This document shows, piece by piece, positions 38,262-48,496 of a DNA stretch of 64,000 bases (position 1 is the stretch's first letter; the number at the start of each line of letters is the position of its first letter). The DNA comes from Planctomycetota bacterium (GTDB lineage: Bacteria; Planctomycetota; UBA1135; UBA2386), in contig JBKAGP010000001.1 in the NCBI GenBank assembly GCA_046290465.1, forward strand, positions 5,024,001 through 5,088,000. The letters are read 5' to 3'. Position numbers and translations under genes: made by a program. The notes beneath the pieces were generated by a model that did no database searches, had not been told where the DNA came from, and worked only from the letters and a program-made list of their open reading frames with translations.

Positions 38262-41051
38262 ATGCGTCCGCTCGCCGCCCTCGTCCGATGCGCGCTGCCG
38301 CTGGCCCTCATCGGGGCCGCGGTCGCGCAACAACGGCACTGGTCGTTCGTGCCGTTGCCCGCCGAAGTGCCGCAGCCGCGCGTCGACGGCGACGCCTGGT
38401 GCAACAACGGCATCGACCGGTTCGTGCTGGCGCGGCTCGAGGCCGAGGGCTTGCAGCCGTCGGCGCAGCTCGACGTCGCGCGCTACCTGCGGCGCGTCAG
38501 CCTGTCGCTGACCGGGCTGCCGCCCGACGAGGCGCAGCTCGACCGCGCCGCCGCCGGCGAGCTCGACGCGGTGATCGACGAACTGCTGGCGTCGCCGCGC
38601 TACGCCGAACGCATGGCCAGCGAGTGGCTCGACGTCGCGCGCTATGCCGACACGTTTGGCTACCAGGCGGACGTCGATCGGCCGGTGTGGCCGTGGCGTG
38701 ACTGGGTGCTGCGCGCGTTCCGGGACAACCTGCCGTTCGACCAGTTCGCCGTCTGGCAGATCGCCGGGGACCTGCTGCCCGATGCGACCCGCGAGCAGCG
38801 GCTGGCGACGGCGTTCCAGCGGTTGCACCGCCAGACCAACGAGGGGGGCAGCGTCGAGGAAGAGATGCGGCAGGAGTACGTCGCCGACCGCACCCAGACG
38901 TTTGCGACCGCGTTCCTCGGGTTGACGATGGAGTGCGCGCGCTGCCACGACCACAAGTTCGACCCGCTGTCGCAGAAGGAGTACTACGAGCTGTCCGCGT
39001 TCTTCGACAACGTCGACGAGTCGGGGCTGTATTCGCACTTCACGCGGGCGACGCCGACGCCGGCGCTGTCGCTGCCGACGGAGCAGCAGGCGCAACAAGA
39101 GCGCGATGCACGCGCGGCAGTGGCCGAACGCGAGCGGGAGCTCGCGGCGCTGTGTGCCTCGCTGACGCAGCGCGAGGCGGTGCTGCTGGGTGGGACCGGT
39201 CCGATCGACCCGGTCGGCGTGTTCTCGTTCGACGCGTTGGACCAGGGCAAGCTGCAGAACGCGGCTGACGCCGAGCTCCCCGGCCGCGTCGGGGACGGGC
39301 CGAAGTTGGTCGAAGGCAAGGTCGGCAAGGCGCTGCGCTTCGACGGCGAAGACTGGGCCAAGGTCCCGAAGGTCGCGGACTTCGACCGGCACCAACCGTT
39401 CTCGTTGGCGTTCTGGCTGCAAGTCCCCGAGGCCTACGATCGCGCGGTCGTCGTGCACCGCTCCAAGTCGTGGACCGACGCCGGTAGCCGCGGCTACGAA
39501 CTCCTGATCGAGGACGGCTGCCTGAGTTTCGCGCTGGTCCACTTCTGGCCCGGCAACGCGATCCGGATCCGGACCGCGCAGCCGTTCCCGGTCGGCCAGT
39601 GGGCGCACGTGGCGCTGACCTACGACGGCAGCAGCCGGGCCACGGGCCAGGCGATCTACGTCGACGGCGTGCGCGCGGAGGTGGCGGTCGTTCGGGACTG
39701 CCTGACGCGGACCATCCAGGGCGGCGGCGCCGATGCGCTGACGTTTGCGCAGCGCTTCCGCGACAAGGGCCTCAAGGGCGGCGCGGTCGACGAGCTGCAC
39801 GTCTTCGCGCGCGAGTTGACCGGGGCCGAGGTCGGCCACCTCGCGGGCGCGCCGGTGCGGCTGAGCAAGGCCGACGTGCGCGACCTGCTGCTCCGCACCC
39901 AGAGCGAAGACGGCAAGGCCAAGCTGGCGGCACTCGCCGCCGCGCGCCGCGCGCTCGGCAAGGTCCAGGACGGCCAGCGGGAGATCATGGTCATGCGCGA
40001 GATGGCGGGCCGCCGCGATACCTACGTGCGGCCGCGCGGCAGCTACCGGATGCAGGGCGAGCGCGTCGATCCCGGCACGCCTCTGTGCCTGCCACCGCTG
40101 CCGGCGGAGGGGGCGCGCAACCGCCTGGCGCTGGCGCGCTGGCTGATCGATCCGAGCCACCCGCTGACCGCGCGCGTCGTCGTCAACCGCGTCTGGCAGA
40201 TGCACTTCGGCAGCGGCCTGGTCGCGACCAGTGAGGACTTCGGCACGCAGGGCACGGAGCCGACGCATCCGCAGCTGCTCGACTGGCTGGCGCGCTGGTT
40301 CGTCGATTCGGGCTGGGACCTGAAGGCGCTGCACAAGCTGATCGTGACGTCGGCGACGTTCGGGCAGAGTTCGTCGGCGAGCGCCGCGCTGCGCGCCCGC
40401 GACCCGCAGAACCAGCTGCTCGCGCGCGGCCCGCGCTACCAGCTGCCGGCCGAGACGCTGCGCGACCAGGCGCTGTGGGCGGCCGGGCTGTTGGCCGAGC
40501 GCTTCGGTGGCGCGCCGGTGTTTCCCTACCAGCCGGCGGGGCTGTGGAAGGAGAAGAGCGGCCGCACCTACCGGCCGAGCAAGGGGGACGACCTCTACCG
40601 GCGCAGCCTCTACACCTACTGGAAGCGCACGTCGCCGCCGCCGGCGATGCTGCTGCTCGACGCCAGCAAGCGCGACGTCTGCGTGATGCGGCGGCACTGC
40701 ACGTCGACGCCGCTGCAGGCGCTGGTGATGCTCAACGACCCGCAGTTCGTCGAACCGGCGCGCGTCTGGGCGGAGCGGCTGGTGGAGCAGGGGGGCGAGG
40801 ACGACGCGCGGCTGCGAACGGTGTTCCGTCGCCTGACGAGCCGCGAACCCGAGGCGCGCGAGCTCGTGATCGTGCGCACGGCGCTGCAGGAACAGCGAGC
40901 CGGCTACCGCGCCGATCCGGCTGCCGCCGAGGCGTTGGCCAGGATCGGTGCGAAGCCGCAGGTGGCAGACCTCGACCGCGTCGAGGTCGCCGCGTGGACG
41001 GTCGTGATCAGCACGCTGATGAACTTCGACGAGGTGGTGAGGCTGCGATGA
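38262..41051 (+). CDS. DUF1549/DUF1553 (PSD1) protein with LamG-like insert
   Basis: HWSF, IDRFV, WLDVARYADT, CARCHDHKFDP, W.HVALTYDG, PLTARVVVNRVW, PTHPQLLDWLA and TPLQALVMLN motifs. Confidence 0.93.
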   Translation: MRPLAALVRCALPLALIGAAVAQQRHWSFVPLPAEVPQPRVDGDAWCNNGIDRFVLARLEAEGLQPSAQLDVARYLRRVSLSLTGLPPDEAQLDRAAAGELDAVIDELLASPRYAERMASEWLDVARYADTFGYQADVDRPVWPWRDWVLRAFRDNLPFDQFAVWQIAGDLLPDATREQRLATAFQRLHRQTNEGGSVEEEMRQEYVADRTQTFATAFLGLTMECARCHDHKFDPLSQKEYYELSAFFDNVDESGLYSHFTRATPTPALSLPTEQQAQQERDARAAVAERERELAALCASLTQREAVLLGGTGPIDPVGVFSFDALDQGKLQNAADAELPGRVGDGPKLVEGKVGKALRFDGEDWAKVPKVADFDRHQPFSLAFWLQVPEAYDRAVVVHRSKSWTDAGSRGYELLIEDGCLSFALVHFWPGNAIRIRTAQPFPVGQWAHVALTYDGSSRATGQAIYVDGVRAEVAVVRDCLTRTIQGGGADALTFAQRFRDKGLKGGAVDELHVFARELTGAEVGHLAGAPVRLSKADVRDLLLRTQSEDGKAKLAALAAARRALGKVQDGQREIMVMREMAGRRDTYVRPRGSYRMQGERVDPGTPLCLPPLPAEGARNRLALARWLIDPSHPLTARVVVNRVWQMHFGSGLVATSEDFGTQGTEPTHPQLLDWLARWFVDSGWDLKALHKLIVTSATFGQSSSASAALRARDPQNQLLARGPRYQLPAETLRDQALWAAGLLAERFGGAPVFPYQPAGLWKEKSGRTYRPSKGDDLYRRSLYTYWKRTSPPPAMLLLDASKRDVCVMRRHCTSTPLQALVMLNDPQFVEPARVWAERLVEQGGEDDARLRTVFRRLTSREPEARELVIVRTALQEQRAGYRADPAAAEALARIGAKPQVADLDRVEVAAWTVVISTLMNFDEVVRLR

Positions 41052-42448
41052 GCAATCCGATCACGCGACGGCATCTGTTCGGCAAGGGCGCCGCGGGCAT
41101 CGGCTCGGTGGCGCTGGCGCACCTGCTCGGCGAGGACGGCGACCACAAGCCGCGGCCGCACCATGCGCCGAAGGCCAGGCGGCTGGTCTACCTGTTCCAG
41201 AGCGGCGGGCCCTCGCAGCTCGAGACCTTCGACCACAAGCCGCTGCTGCAGGAGCTCAACGGCCAGGAGCTGCCGGATTCGGTCCGTCAGGGCCAGCGCC
41301 TGACCGGCATGTCCGGCAACCAGGCGACGCTGCCGCTGGCGGGCGCGCAGTTCCGCTTCGACAAGCACGGCGAGAGCCGGCAGTGGGTCAGCGAACTGCT
41401 GCCGCACACGGCGCGCATCGTCGACGAGCTGACGATCGTCAAGTCGATGCACACCGAGGCGATCAACCACGACCCGGCGATCACGTTCTTCCAGACCGGC
41501 TCGCAGATCGCCGGGCGGCCGTCGATCGGCTCGTGGCTCAGCTACGGGCTCGGCACCGCCAACCGCGAGCTGCCGGCGTTCTGTGTGCTGGTCACCAAGA
41601 ACAAGGGCGGCCAGCCGCTCTATGCGAGGCTCTGGGGCAACGGCTTCCTGCCGGCGACGCACCAGGGCGTGCAGTTCCGTCCGGGCAGGGATCGCGTGCT
41701 CTACCTCGCCGATCCCGACGGCGTCGACACGAACACCCGCCGGCGCATGCTCGATCGACTGCGCGAACTGCACGAGGCGTCGTGCGAACGCGACGTCGAC
41801 CCGGCCGTTCGGGCGCGCATCGAGCAGTACGAGATGGCCTACCGCATGCAGATGTCGGTGCCGGAGGTGACCGACCTGTCGGACGAGCCGGACTGGGTGT
41901 TCGAGCACTACGGCGAGGAGGCGCGCGATCCGGGCACCTACGCCGCCAACTGCCTGATGGCGCGCCGGCTGCTGGAGCGCGGCGTGCGCTGCGTGCAGCT
42001 GTACCACCAGGGCTGGGACCAGCACGGTGGGCTGCCGGGTGCGATCCGGCGGCAGTGCCGGGAGACCGATCGGGCGAGTGCGGCGCTGGTCATGGACCTC
42101 AAGGCGCGCGGCCTGCTCGACGACACGCTGGTCGTCTGGGGCGGCGAGTTCGGCCGCACCAACTACTCACAGGGCAAGCTGACCGACAACGACTACGGGC
42201 GCGACCACCACCCGCGCTGCTTCTCGATGTGGCTGGCCGGTGCGGGCCTGCGCGGCGGCTACGCGCACGGCCAGACCTGCGACTACGGCTACAACGTCGT
42301 GCAGGATCCGGTGCACGTGCACGACCTGCAGGCCACGATCCTGCACCTGCTGGGTCTCGACCACGAGCGCCTGACGTTCTTCTACCAGGGCCGCGACTTC
42401 CGCCTCACGGACGTGCACGGCAAGGTCGTGCACCAGCTCCTCGGCTGA
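41048..42448 (+). CDS. DUF1501 protein (Tat-like TRR signal)
   Basis: TRRHLF, LFQSGGPSQLETFD, WDQH, WGGEFGRT, GRDHH and RLTDVHG motifs; ATGA overlap with the upstream gene. Confidence 0.93.
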   Translation: MSNPITRRHLFGKGAAGIGSVALAHLLGEDGDHKPRPHHAPKARRLVYLFQSGGPSQLETFDHKPLLQELNGQELPDSVRQGQRLTGMSGNQATLPLAGAQFRFDKHGESRQWVSELLPHTARIVDELTIVKSMHTEAINHDPAITFFQTGSQIAGRPSIGSWLSYGLGTANRELPAFCVLVTKNKGGQPLYARLWGNGFLPATHQGVQFRPGRDRVLYLADPDGVDTNTRRRMLDRLRELHEASCERDVDPAVRARIEQYEMAYRMQMSVPEVTDLSDEPDWVFEHYGEEARDPGTYAANCLMARRLLERGVRCVQLYHQGWDQHGGLPGAIRRQCRETDRASAALVMDLKARGLLDDTLVVWGGEFGRTNYSQGKLTDNDYGRDHHPRCFSMWLAGAGLRGGYAHGQTCDYGYNVVQDPVHVHDLQATILHLLGLDHERLTFFYQGRDFRLTDVHGKVVHQLLG

Positions 42449-42485
42449 TGCGATCGTGGCCACGCTGCGTTCGGCCACCCTGCAT

Positions 42486-42511
42486 TCGGCCTGGTCGCGA
42501 GACCAGGCCGA
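42486..42511. terminator. Stable hairpin between convergent genes
   Basis: TCGGCCTGGTC-GCGA-GACCAGGCCGA, 11-bp stem with GNRA loop; no U-tract. Confidence 0.5.
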
Positions 42512-42535
42512 CCGGACCGGCGCTTCGCGTCGTCG

Positions 42536-42871
42536 CCAGGAGCGCGTCCATGTAGTGGACGCGCTGCCGACCGTGATCGCGGAAGCGGCGTGTACGCGTG
42601 CGGACGGGGCTTTGCCCACCAGGAGCGCGTCCATGTAGTGGACGCGCTGCCGACCGTGATCGCGGAAGCGGCGTGTACGCGTGCGGACGGGGCTTTGCCC
42701 GCCAGGAGCGCGTCCATGTAGTGGACGCGCTGCCGACCGTGATCGCGGAAGCGGCGTGTACGCGTGCGGACGGGGCTTTGCCCGCCAGGAGCGCGTCCAT
42801 GTAGTGGACGCGCTGCCGACCGTGATCGCGGAAGCGGCGTGTATGCGTGCGGACGGGGCTTTGCCCGCTAG
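42536..42871 (+). repeat. Four tandem copies of the 83-bp element
   Basis: Units start at 42536, 42619, 42702 and 42785 (CCAG junctions); closed by CTAG 42868-42871. Confidence 0.97.
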
Positions 42872-44097
42872 AGCACCGACATCTCCAGGCCGGGGGTGGC
42901 GCTGACGCCGAGCGGTGCGGTGGCGTCGAAGAAGCCGGCCTGCCAGAAGCCCTGCCACTGGTTGAACAGCGGCGTGTTGGGGATCGTCGTCGAGTAGGTC
43001 GCGTCGCCGTTGCCGTCGAGGGTCAGCATCACGGTCGGGTCGACGTCGATCAGCAGCGTGCAGTTGAGGATCGGCACGTTGACCATCTGGTAGCCGAGGC
43101 CGAGCGCGCCCATCGCGTTGGCGGGGCCGCCGGTGACGTCGATGGTGATCGGCGCGCCCGGGATCGGGCAGCCGGTGCCGGAGATCTGCGGCACGCCGCT
43201 GCCGCCGCCGCAGCCGACGCCGTAGGTCTGGTAGAAGCCGCACGCGGCGAAGCCGGTGACGACGATGATGCGGTTGCCGCCGCCGAACGTCGAGAACAGC
43301 ATGTCGCCGGTGACCGGGTCCGCGACGGCGCCCTCGGCGCCCGACAGGCCGCTCATCATCACGCGCCGCGTCGCCGGGATCGGGTCGCCGTTGCCGTCGA
43401 TGTCGTAGACCGCGAGCGCGCCGCTGCCGTATTCGGACACGATCACCGTCGAGAAGTCCGGCAGCTGCGGCGAGCCCGGCGGCGGGTAGAGGATGCCCTC
43501 CGGGCCACCGCCGATCGTCAGCGGCGCGGACACCGTGCCGACGTCGTAGGTGCCGGCGGCGTTGACGTTCAGGTCGACGGTGTACCAGGTGCTGGCGTTG
43601 TACGACGCCACCTTGAACTGCCCGGCGCCCGGCCAGCCGGCCGGCACGAACTGGCAGGTGCCGACGCTGCTGCTGACGCCGAACGGCGTCAGGTCGGTGA
43701 TCAGGTCCGGTGCGGTGCTGCCCGGCAGATGCTGCAGCAACGTGTTGTTGCTGTAGCCGGTCGAGAACAGCACGCCGCCGGGGCCGTAGGTCAGGCCGCC
43801 GTCGATGTTCGGGCAGCTCGCGAACATCGTCGGGGTGCCGAATCCGGTGATGTGCCCCTGCGCGTCGCGCGTCAGCGGCACCGCGTAGATGGCGCCCGCG
43901 GCGTTGTTGGCGTTGCCGCCGATCAGCAGCGTGTTGGGGTCGTTCGCCAGGAACGTCACGCCGCCGAGGTTGCTCGGCACGCCGGCGATCGAGCCGAGAT
44001 CGGTGTAGCTGTAGTCGACGTCGAACGGGGCGACGATCGTCTGGGCCGCGCACGGGGCGAGCAGCGTAGAGGTGAGTAGCAGGGTGCGGAGATTCAT
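42868..44097 (-). CDS. Secreted beta-propeller-like protein with shared C-terminal domain
   Basis: Signal peptide ending CAA-Q; blade-like GGVTF, GGLTY, PEGILY and AEGAV repeats; YGVGCGG...QAGFFD C-domain. Confidence 0.82.
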   Translation of the reverse strand: MNLRTLLLTSTLLAPCAAQTIVAPFDVDYSYTDLGSIAGVPSNLGGVTFLANDPNTLLIGGNANNAAGAIYAVPLTRDAQGHITGFGTPTMFASCPNIDGGLTYGPGGVLFSTGYSNNTLLQHLPGSTAPDLITDLTPFGVSSSVGTCQFVPAGWPGAGQFKVASYNASTWYTVDLNVNAAGTYDVGTVSAPLTIGGGPEGILYPPPGSPQLPDFSTVIVSEYGSGALAVYDIDGNGDPIPATRRVMMSGLSGAEGAVADPVTGDMLFSTFGGGNRIIVVTGFAACGFYQTYGVGCGGGSGVPQISGTGCPIPGAPITIDVTGGPANAMGALGLGYQMVNVPILNCTLLIDVDPTVMLTLDGNGDATYSTTIPNTPLFNQWQGFWQAGFFDATAPLGVSATPGLEMSVL

Positions 44098-44205
44098 GGG
44101 GACCACGTGGAGTCGGGGGAGGACGATGCGTGCGTTGCCGCATCCGGCGGCAGCAACGTGCGCGGGCCGCCACCATTTTCGCTGGCGATGGTGCCGCCGC
44201 CGCGA

Positions 44206-46374
44206 TCAGTCCTTGTTGCCGACGACGGACACCACGGCGGGGCCCCCGCCGAGGCGGTGGTCGTGCTCGAACTCCAGCTCGCGCGGCGCATCGGTCCGGT
44301 ACTTGATGGCGTGCAGCGAAAGCCGATAGCGGCCGGGCGGGTAGCCGATGCGGGTGCAGATCGTCACCGCGTGCGGCACGTGCCCGAACTCGCCCGGCGC
44401 CGGGTGCACCGCGCGCAGCCGCTGGGTGTGGCCGTGCTCGTCGACGAGGTAGAGCTTCGGGTCGTGGCTGTGGTAGCTGCGTTCGGCGGCGCCCTCGATG
44501 CGCAGCCAGATCGGCGAGCCGACCGGCACGCGCGCCGGCACGGTCCGGGTGGTGCCGCTCGGCACGTGCACCCGCTGCAGCAGGGTCGGGTGCATCGACA
44601 GCAGGTGGTTGCGCTTGCCGGTCGGCGCGAACAGCACCTCGGCGAGCAGGTCGCCGGCGGGAAGATCCTGCACTACGCCGTCGGGTGGCAGCTCCAGCCA
44701 GTTGCCGCGCAGGCGGCCGAGGTCGAACTCGCGCGAGCGCAGGGCCGGCACGTCGACCGGCACGGCGGCGTCGTCGAGTCCGCGCGCGAAGCGCACCCAG
44801 GCCGAAGCGACCGGTGCGCCGTCGATGGTGGTCGGCTCGAAGCGCAGGCTGCCGGTCTGCGCGCGCGGCTCCAGCAGCAGCCGGACGTCGGCGCGGTGCT
44901 GGCCGGCTTCGATCATCGTCGCGGCGTAGACCGGGCCGGCGTTGCCGCAGCTGGCCTCGACGATGCAGAACGTGTCGGGCGCGACCTCGAGCACCGGCCA
45001 GTCGCCGTGGTTGCCGAAGTCGGTGTGTTCGGCGGTGGCGAGCAGCGCGAGCGACGGACCGACCTGCGCGAACTTCGCGGCGGCGACGCGGGCCTGCTCA
45101 CCGTGCCACATGCGGCAGCCGTAGTCGGCGTGCACGAGGCGGTCGCCCGCGGCGTCGACGACGTCGACGTAGAGCTGCGCCGGCAGCTCCGCGTCGTGCG
45201 TGCCGTAGACGTAGGCGACGTCGGTCATCTGGCCGGCGACGACGCGTTCGACCACCGGGTCGCGATCGTCGACGTAGACGTGGTAGGAACCGGCGCGCAG
45301 TCCCTGCAACGCAAACCGGCCGTCGCGATCGGTGTGCAGGTAGAACGCGCCGTTGCTCTCGGGGTTGAGCACGTCGTGGAACTCCGGCACCGCCAGTCCG
45401 TCGACGAACTCGATGTCGGGATCGCCGTCGTCGATGACGAACTGCAGCTCCACCGAGACGCGCGCGGCGGGGCGTCCGTCGGGCCAGCGGACGACGCCGC
45501 GCACACCCTGGCGGTGCGGTCGCAGCACCAGGTCGGGGCAGCGCACCTCCCCGGTGCCGGTGACGTCGACCGGGACCGGCCGCGCGCGGCCGTAGCGGTA
45601 GTCGGCGGTGACCAGGTGCACGGTGGTGGTGTCGTCGGGCACGCTGTCGAGTTCGAGTTCGAACGAACCGTCGATCTCGCTCGAGGCCCACGCCTCGATC
45701 TCCGGCGCGAGGCAGACGACGTTGGCCTGCGCGACCGGCGCGCCCGCAGCCGTGACGACCCGCCCTTTGAGCAGCCGGCCGCGCTCGACGCGCACGACCA
45801 TCACCCACGGCTTGCCGCTGGCGGCGGCATCGGCGACGTATTCGACGGCGATGTCGTTGCTGCCGAGCCAGTAGCCCTCGGCGTCGGCGACCACGTGCAG
45901 CATGGTCTCGCGGTGCTGCAGTTGCGGGAAGCGCAGCAGCGCGTCGAACGGCACCGCAAACGTGCCGTCCGCGCGCGACACGGTGTCGCCGATCGGCAGG
46001 TGCGCGCGGCGCCGTTCGTCCCCGCCGAGCTTCGCCCACATCGAGATGCGGGCGTCGGCGACGCCGCGATCCTCGTTGTCGAGCACGCGGCCGCGCAGGA
46101 GCCACCGTTCGTCGACCGTCTCGGCGGCGGTCGCAGCAGCGATGCGCTCGGGGGCGGCGTCAGGTGAGGACGCCGGAGGCTCGTCCGGGATCGTCGCGGC
46201 GTGCTGGCGGGTCGGGGTCGCGCTCGGCCCGGCGGTCGGCGGTGGGGCCGCGCGGTCGAACCAGCCGATCGGGTCGCAGGTCGCCGCCCAGCCCAGCGCG
46301 AGCGCGAGCGCGGCGAGCAGGAGCGCGATCCCGGCGGGTCGCCGGCTGCGGGGGCGGGCTCGAGGGGGCGTCAT
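44206..46374 (-). CDS. Membrane-anchored protein with carboxypeptidase-regulatory-like beta-sandwich repeats
   Basis: N-terminal TM; repeated LRGRVLD..DRGVADA, KGRVVT..GAPV, RGVVRWPDGRP and TDRDGRF.L.GL..GSY. Confidence 0.8.
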   Translation of the reverse strand: MTPPRARPRSRRPAGIALLLAALALALGWAATCDPIGWFDRAAPPPTAGPSATPTRQHAATIPDEPPASSPDAAPERIAAATAAETVDERWLLRGRVLDNEDRGVADARISMWAKLGGDERRRAHLPIGDTVSRADGTFAVPFDALLRFPQLQHRETMLHVVADAEGYWLGSNDIAVEYVADAAASGKPWVMVVRVERGRLLKGRVVTAAGAPVAQANVVCLAPEIEAWASSEIDGSFELELDSVPDDTTTVHLVTADYRYGRARPVPVDVTGTGEVRCPDLVLRPHRQGVRGVVRWPDGRPAARVSVELQFVIDDGDPDIEFVDGLAVPEFHDVLNPESNGAFYLHTDRDGRFALQGLRAGSYHVYVDDRDPVVERVVAGQMTDVAYVYGTHDAELPAQLYVDVVDAAGDRLVHADYGCRMWHGEQARVAAAKFAQVGPSLALLATAEHTDFGNHGDWPVLEVAPDTFCIVEASCGNAGPVYAATMIEAGQHRADVRLLLEPRAQTGSLRFEPTTIDGAPVASAWVRFARGLDDAAVPVDVPALRSREFDLGRLRGNWLELPPDGVVQDLPAGDLLAEVLFAPTGKRNHLLSMHPTLLQRVHVPSGTTRTVPARVPVGSPIWLRIEGAAERSYHSHDPKLYLVDEHGHTQRLRAVHPAPGEFGHVPHAVTICTRIGYPPGRYRLSLHAIKYRTDAPRELEFEHDHRLGGGPAVVSVVGNKD

Positions 46375-46636
46375 GGGCAGGCACTACTAGCACGCGGCGC
46401 GCGTGCGGTTGGCTTGGATTGTTGCCGCGGTGTGCCACCCTTGCGAATGCCGTGCCTGTCGCGGGGCGGGCCGGTCGAGGCTGACGCGTGGTTGCGTGGC
46501 CACCGGCGCGACGCGATCGACCGTGCTGGGGCCACGGTGAGCTGACGTTTCGTTTCCGGAACGACGCACGCCAGCCCGTCCAGGGCAATCGGTCGCGACA
46601 GGAACGTCGCCCGGTTGGCTACGTTGGCGCCTGCTC

Positions 46637-48451
46637 ATGCGAATCACACTCTCTGCCGTTCCGTTCCTGATCACGTGCTCGCTCGCAGCGCCGCTCGCCA
46701 CGGCGCAGGAAGCAGCCGCCGAGGCGAAGGCGACCGAGGCCGCCGAGGCGAAGCAGGAGCCCGAGAAGGTCGCGTTCCTGCGCCCGTCGGGTCTCTACTC
46801 CGATCTGCCCGAGGCCGGGTTCGACCCGACCAGCCTGCTGACCGGCGGCGGCGCGCAGCCGAAGGCGTTCTTCCCGTTCCTGCAGATGATCGAGGACCTC
46901 GCCGCGCAGCCCGGCGAGAACGTGCTGATCGACCTGTCTGCCGGTGCCGGCTTCAACCTCGCGCAGCAGCGTGAGGTCGAGCGCGCGATCGCGCGCGTGC
47001 GCGGCGCGGGCAAGCACATCACCTGCTACCTCGAAGGTGCCGGCATCGGCGCCTACCAGATCGCCGCGCAGTGCGACCGCATCCTGCTCGCCGACATGGG
47101 CGGCGTCGACCTGCGTTCGCCGGCGATGAACGTCATGCACTTCAAGGACGCGCTGGATCTGCTCGGGGTGCAGGTCGAGGTCACGCGCGTCGGTGAGTTC
47201 AAGGGCGCGGTCGAGCCCTACATGCTGCCGACGATGTCGAGCCACCTGCGCGAGCACTACCGCGCGATGCTGACGTCGATGAACGGCGACATCGTGCGCC
47301 GGATCGCGGCCGGCAGGAAGCTGTCGCAGAGCAAGGTGCGCGAGCTGCAGGAGCGGCGCATGTTCACCGCCAAGGAGGCGCTGCTCGAGGGGCTGGTCGA
47401 TCGGCTGGTGCCGTGGGAAGGAGCCAGGCGCGCGCTCGCGAACGTTCGCGGCGACGACGACTTCGAACTCGAGGACGTGGCGCCGCGCAAGAAGAAGAAG
47501 CGCCGCGACCTGATGTCGATGCTGACGAGCATGATGCGTTCGCAGAAGGAGGAGGAGATCGAGGATCCGGAGATCGTCGTGATGCACCTCTCGGGCCAGA
47601 TCGTCGACGGCAACGCGCCGTCGGCCGGCAGCATGGTCAGCGGCCCGTCGGTCGCGCGTCTCGACAAGCTCGCCGACAACGACCTCGTCAAGGGTGTCGT
47701 GATCCGCATCAACTCGCCCGGTGGTTCGGCGACCGCGAGTGAGGCGATCCGGCTGGCGATCGCGCGCCTCGCGAAGAAGAAGCCGGTGGTGTTCTCGATG
47801 GGCGAGATGGCCGCGTCGGGTGGCTACTGGATCACGGCGATCGGCGAGCCGATCCTGGCCGAGGTCGGCACGATCACCGGCTCGATCGGCGTGTTCGGCA
47901 TGCGCTTCCAGCCGGGTGCGCTGATGCGCCGCCTCGGCGTGCACACCGAGATCGTCAGCATCGACGACGGCCCGCAGATGGACGCGATGGATCGGCCGTG
48001 GACGCCCGAGGCGCGCGCCAAGATCCAGAGCGGCGTCGACGACGTCTACGACCGCTTCCTCGCGCTGGTCGCGAAGTCGCGCGGCAAGACGGCGGAGCAG
48101 GTCGACGGCATCGCCGGCGGCCGGGTGTGGTCCGGGGAGCAGGCGGTGCACAACGGCCTCGTCGACGAGATCGGCGGGGTCGACCGCGCCGTCGCGATGA
48201 TCCGCGAGCGCGCCAGGATCGAGGGCGACCTCGAGATCCGCCACATGCCGCAGCCGACCAACTTCGCCGACGCGTTCTTCAGCCAGCTGTTCGACGCCAA
48301 GGTCGAGACCACCGAAGGGGCGCTGCTCGAGACGCTGATCGCGCGCTGCGGCCGCTTCGGCGAGGTCGTCGCCGTCCTCCGCGAAGCCCTGACCAGTGAC
48401 GGCAAGGCGCGCATCTACGCGCTGATGCCCGCCGGCCTCCGCGTTCGCTGA
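46637..48451 (+). CDS. sppA: Signal peptide peptidase SppA (S49, two-domain type)
   Basis: GEFKGAVEP, RINSPGGS, MAASGGY, TGSIGVFG and GRVWSGEQA..GLVD motifs. Confidence 0.93.
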   Translation: MRITLSAVPFLITCSLAAPLATAQEAAAEAKATEAAEAKQEPEKVAFLRPSGLYSDLPEAGFDPTSLLTGGGAQPKAFFPFLQMIEDLAAQPGENVLIDLSAGAGFNLAQQREVERAIARVRGAGKHITCYLEGAGIGAYQIAAQCDRILLADMGGVDLRSPAMNVMHFKDALDLLGVQVEVTRVGEFKGAVEPYMLPTMSSHLREHYRAMLTSMNGDIVRRIAAGRKLSQSKVRELQERRMFTAKEALLEGLVDRLVPWEGARRALANVRGDDDFELEDVAPRKKKKRRDLMSMLTSMMRSQKEEEIEDPEIVVMHLSGQIVDGNAPSAGSMVSGPSVARLDKLADNDLVKGVVIRINSPGGSATASEAIRLAIARLAKKKPVVFSMGEMAASGGYWITAIGEPILAEVGTITGSIGVFGMRFQPGALMRRLGVHTEIVSIDDGPQMDAMDRPWTPEARAKIQSGVDDVYDRFLALVAKSRGKTAEQVDGIAGGRVWSGEQAVHNGLVDEIGGVDRAVAMIRERARIEGDLEIRHMPQPTNFADAFFSQLFDAKVETTEGALLETLIARCGRFGEVVAVLREALTSDGKARIYALMPAGLRVR

Positions 48452-48496
48452 CCCGGTCGGCAGGTCCGGTTCCGGGAGCAGGGCTTCCGGACCGGG

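Noticed and set aside
42536..42871. Possible CRISPR array
   Set aside because: The whole 83-bp unit repeats, so there are no unique spacers; no cas genes or leader are present
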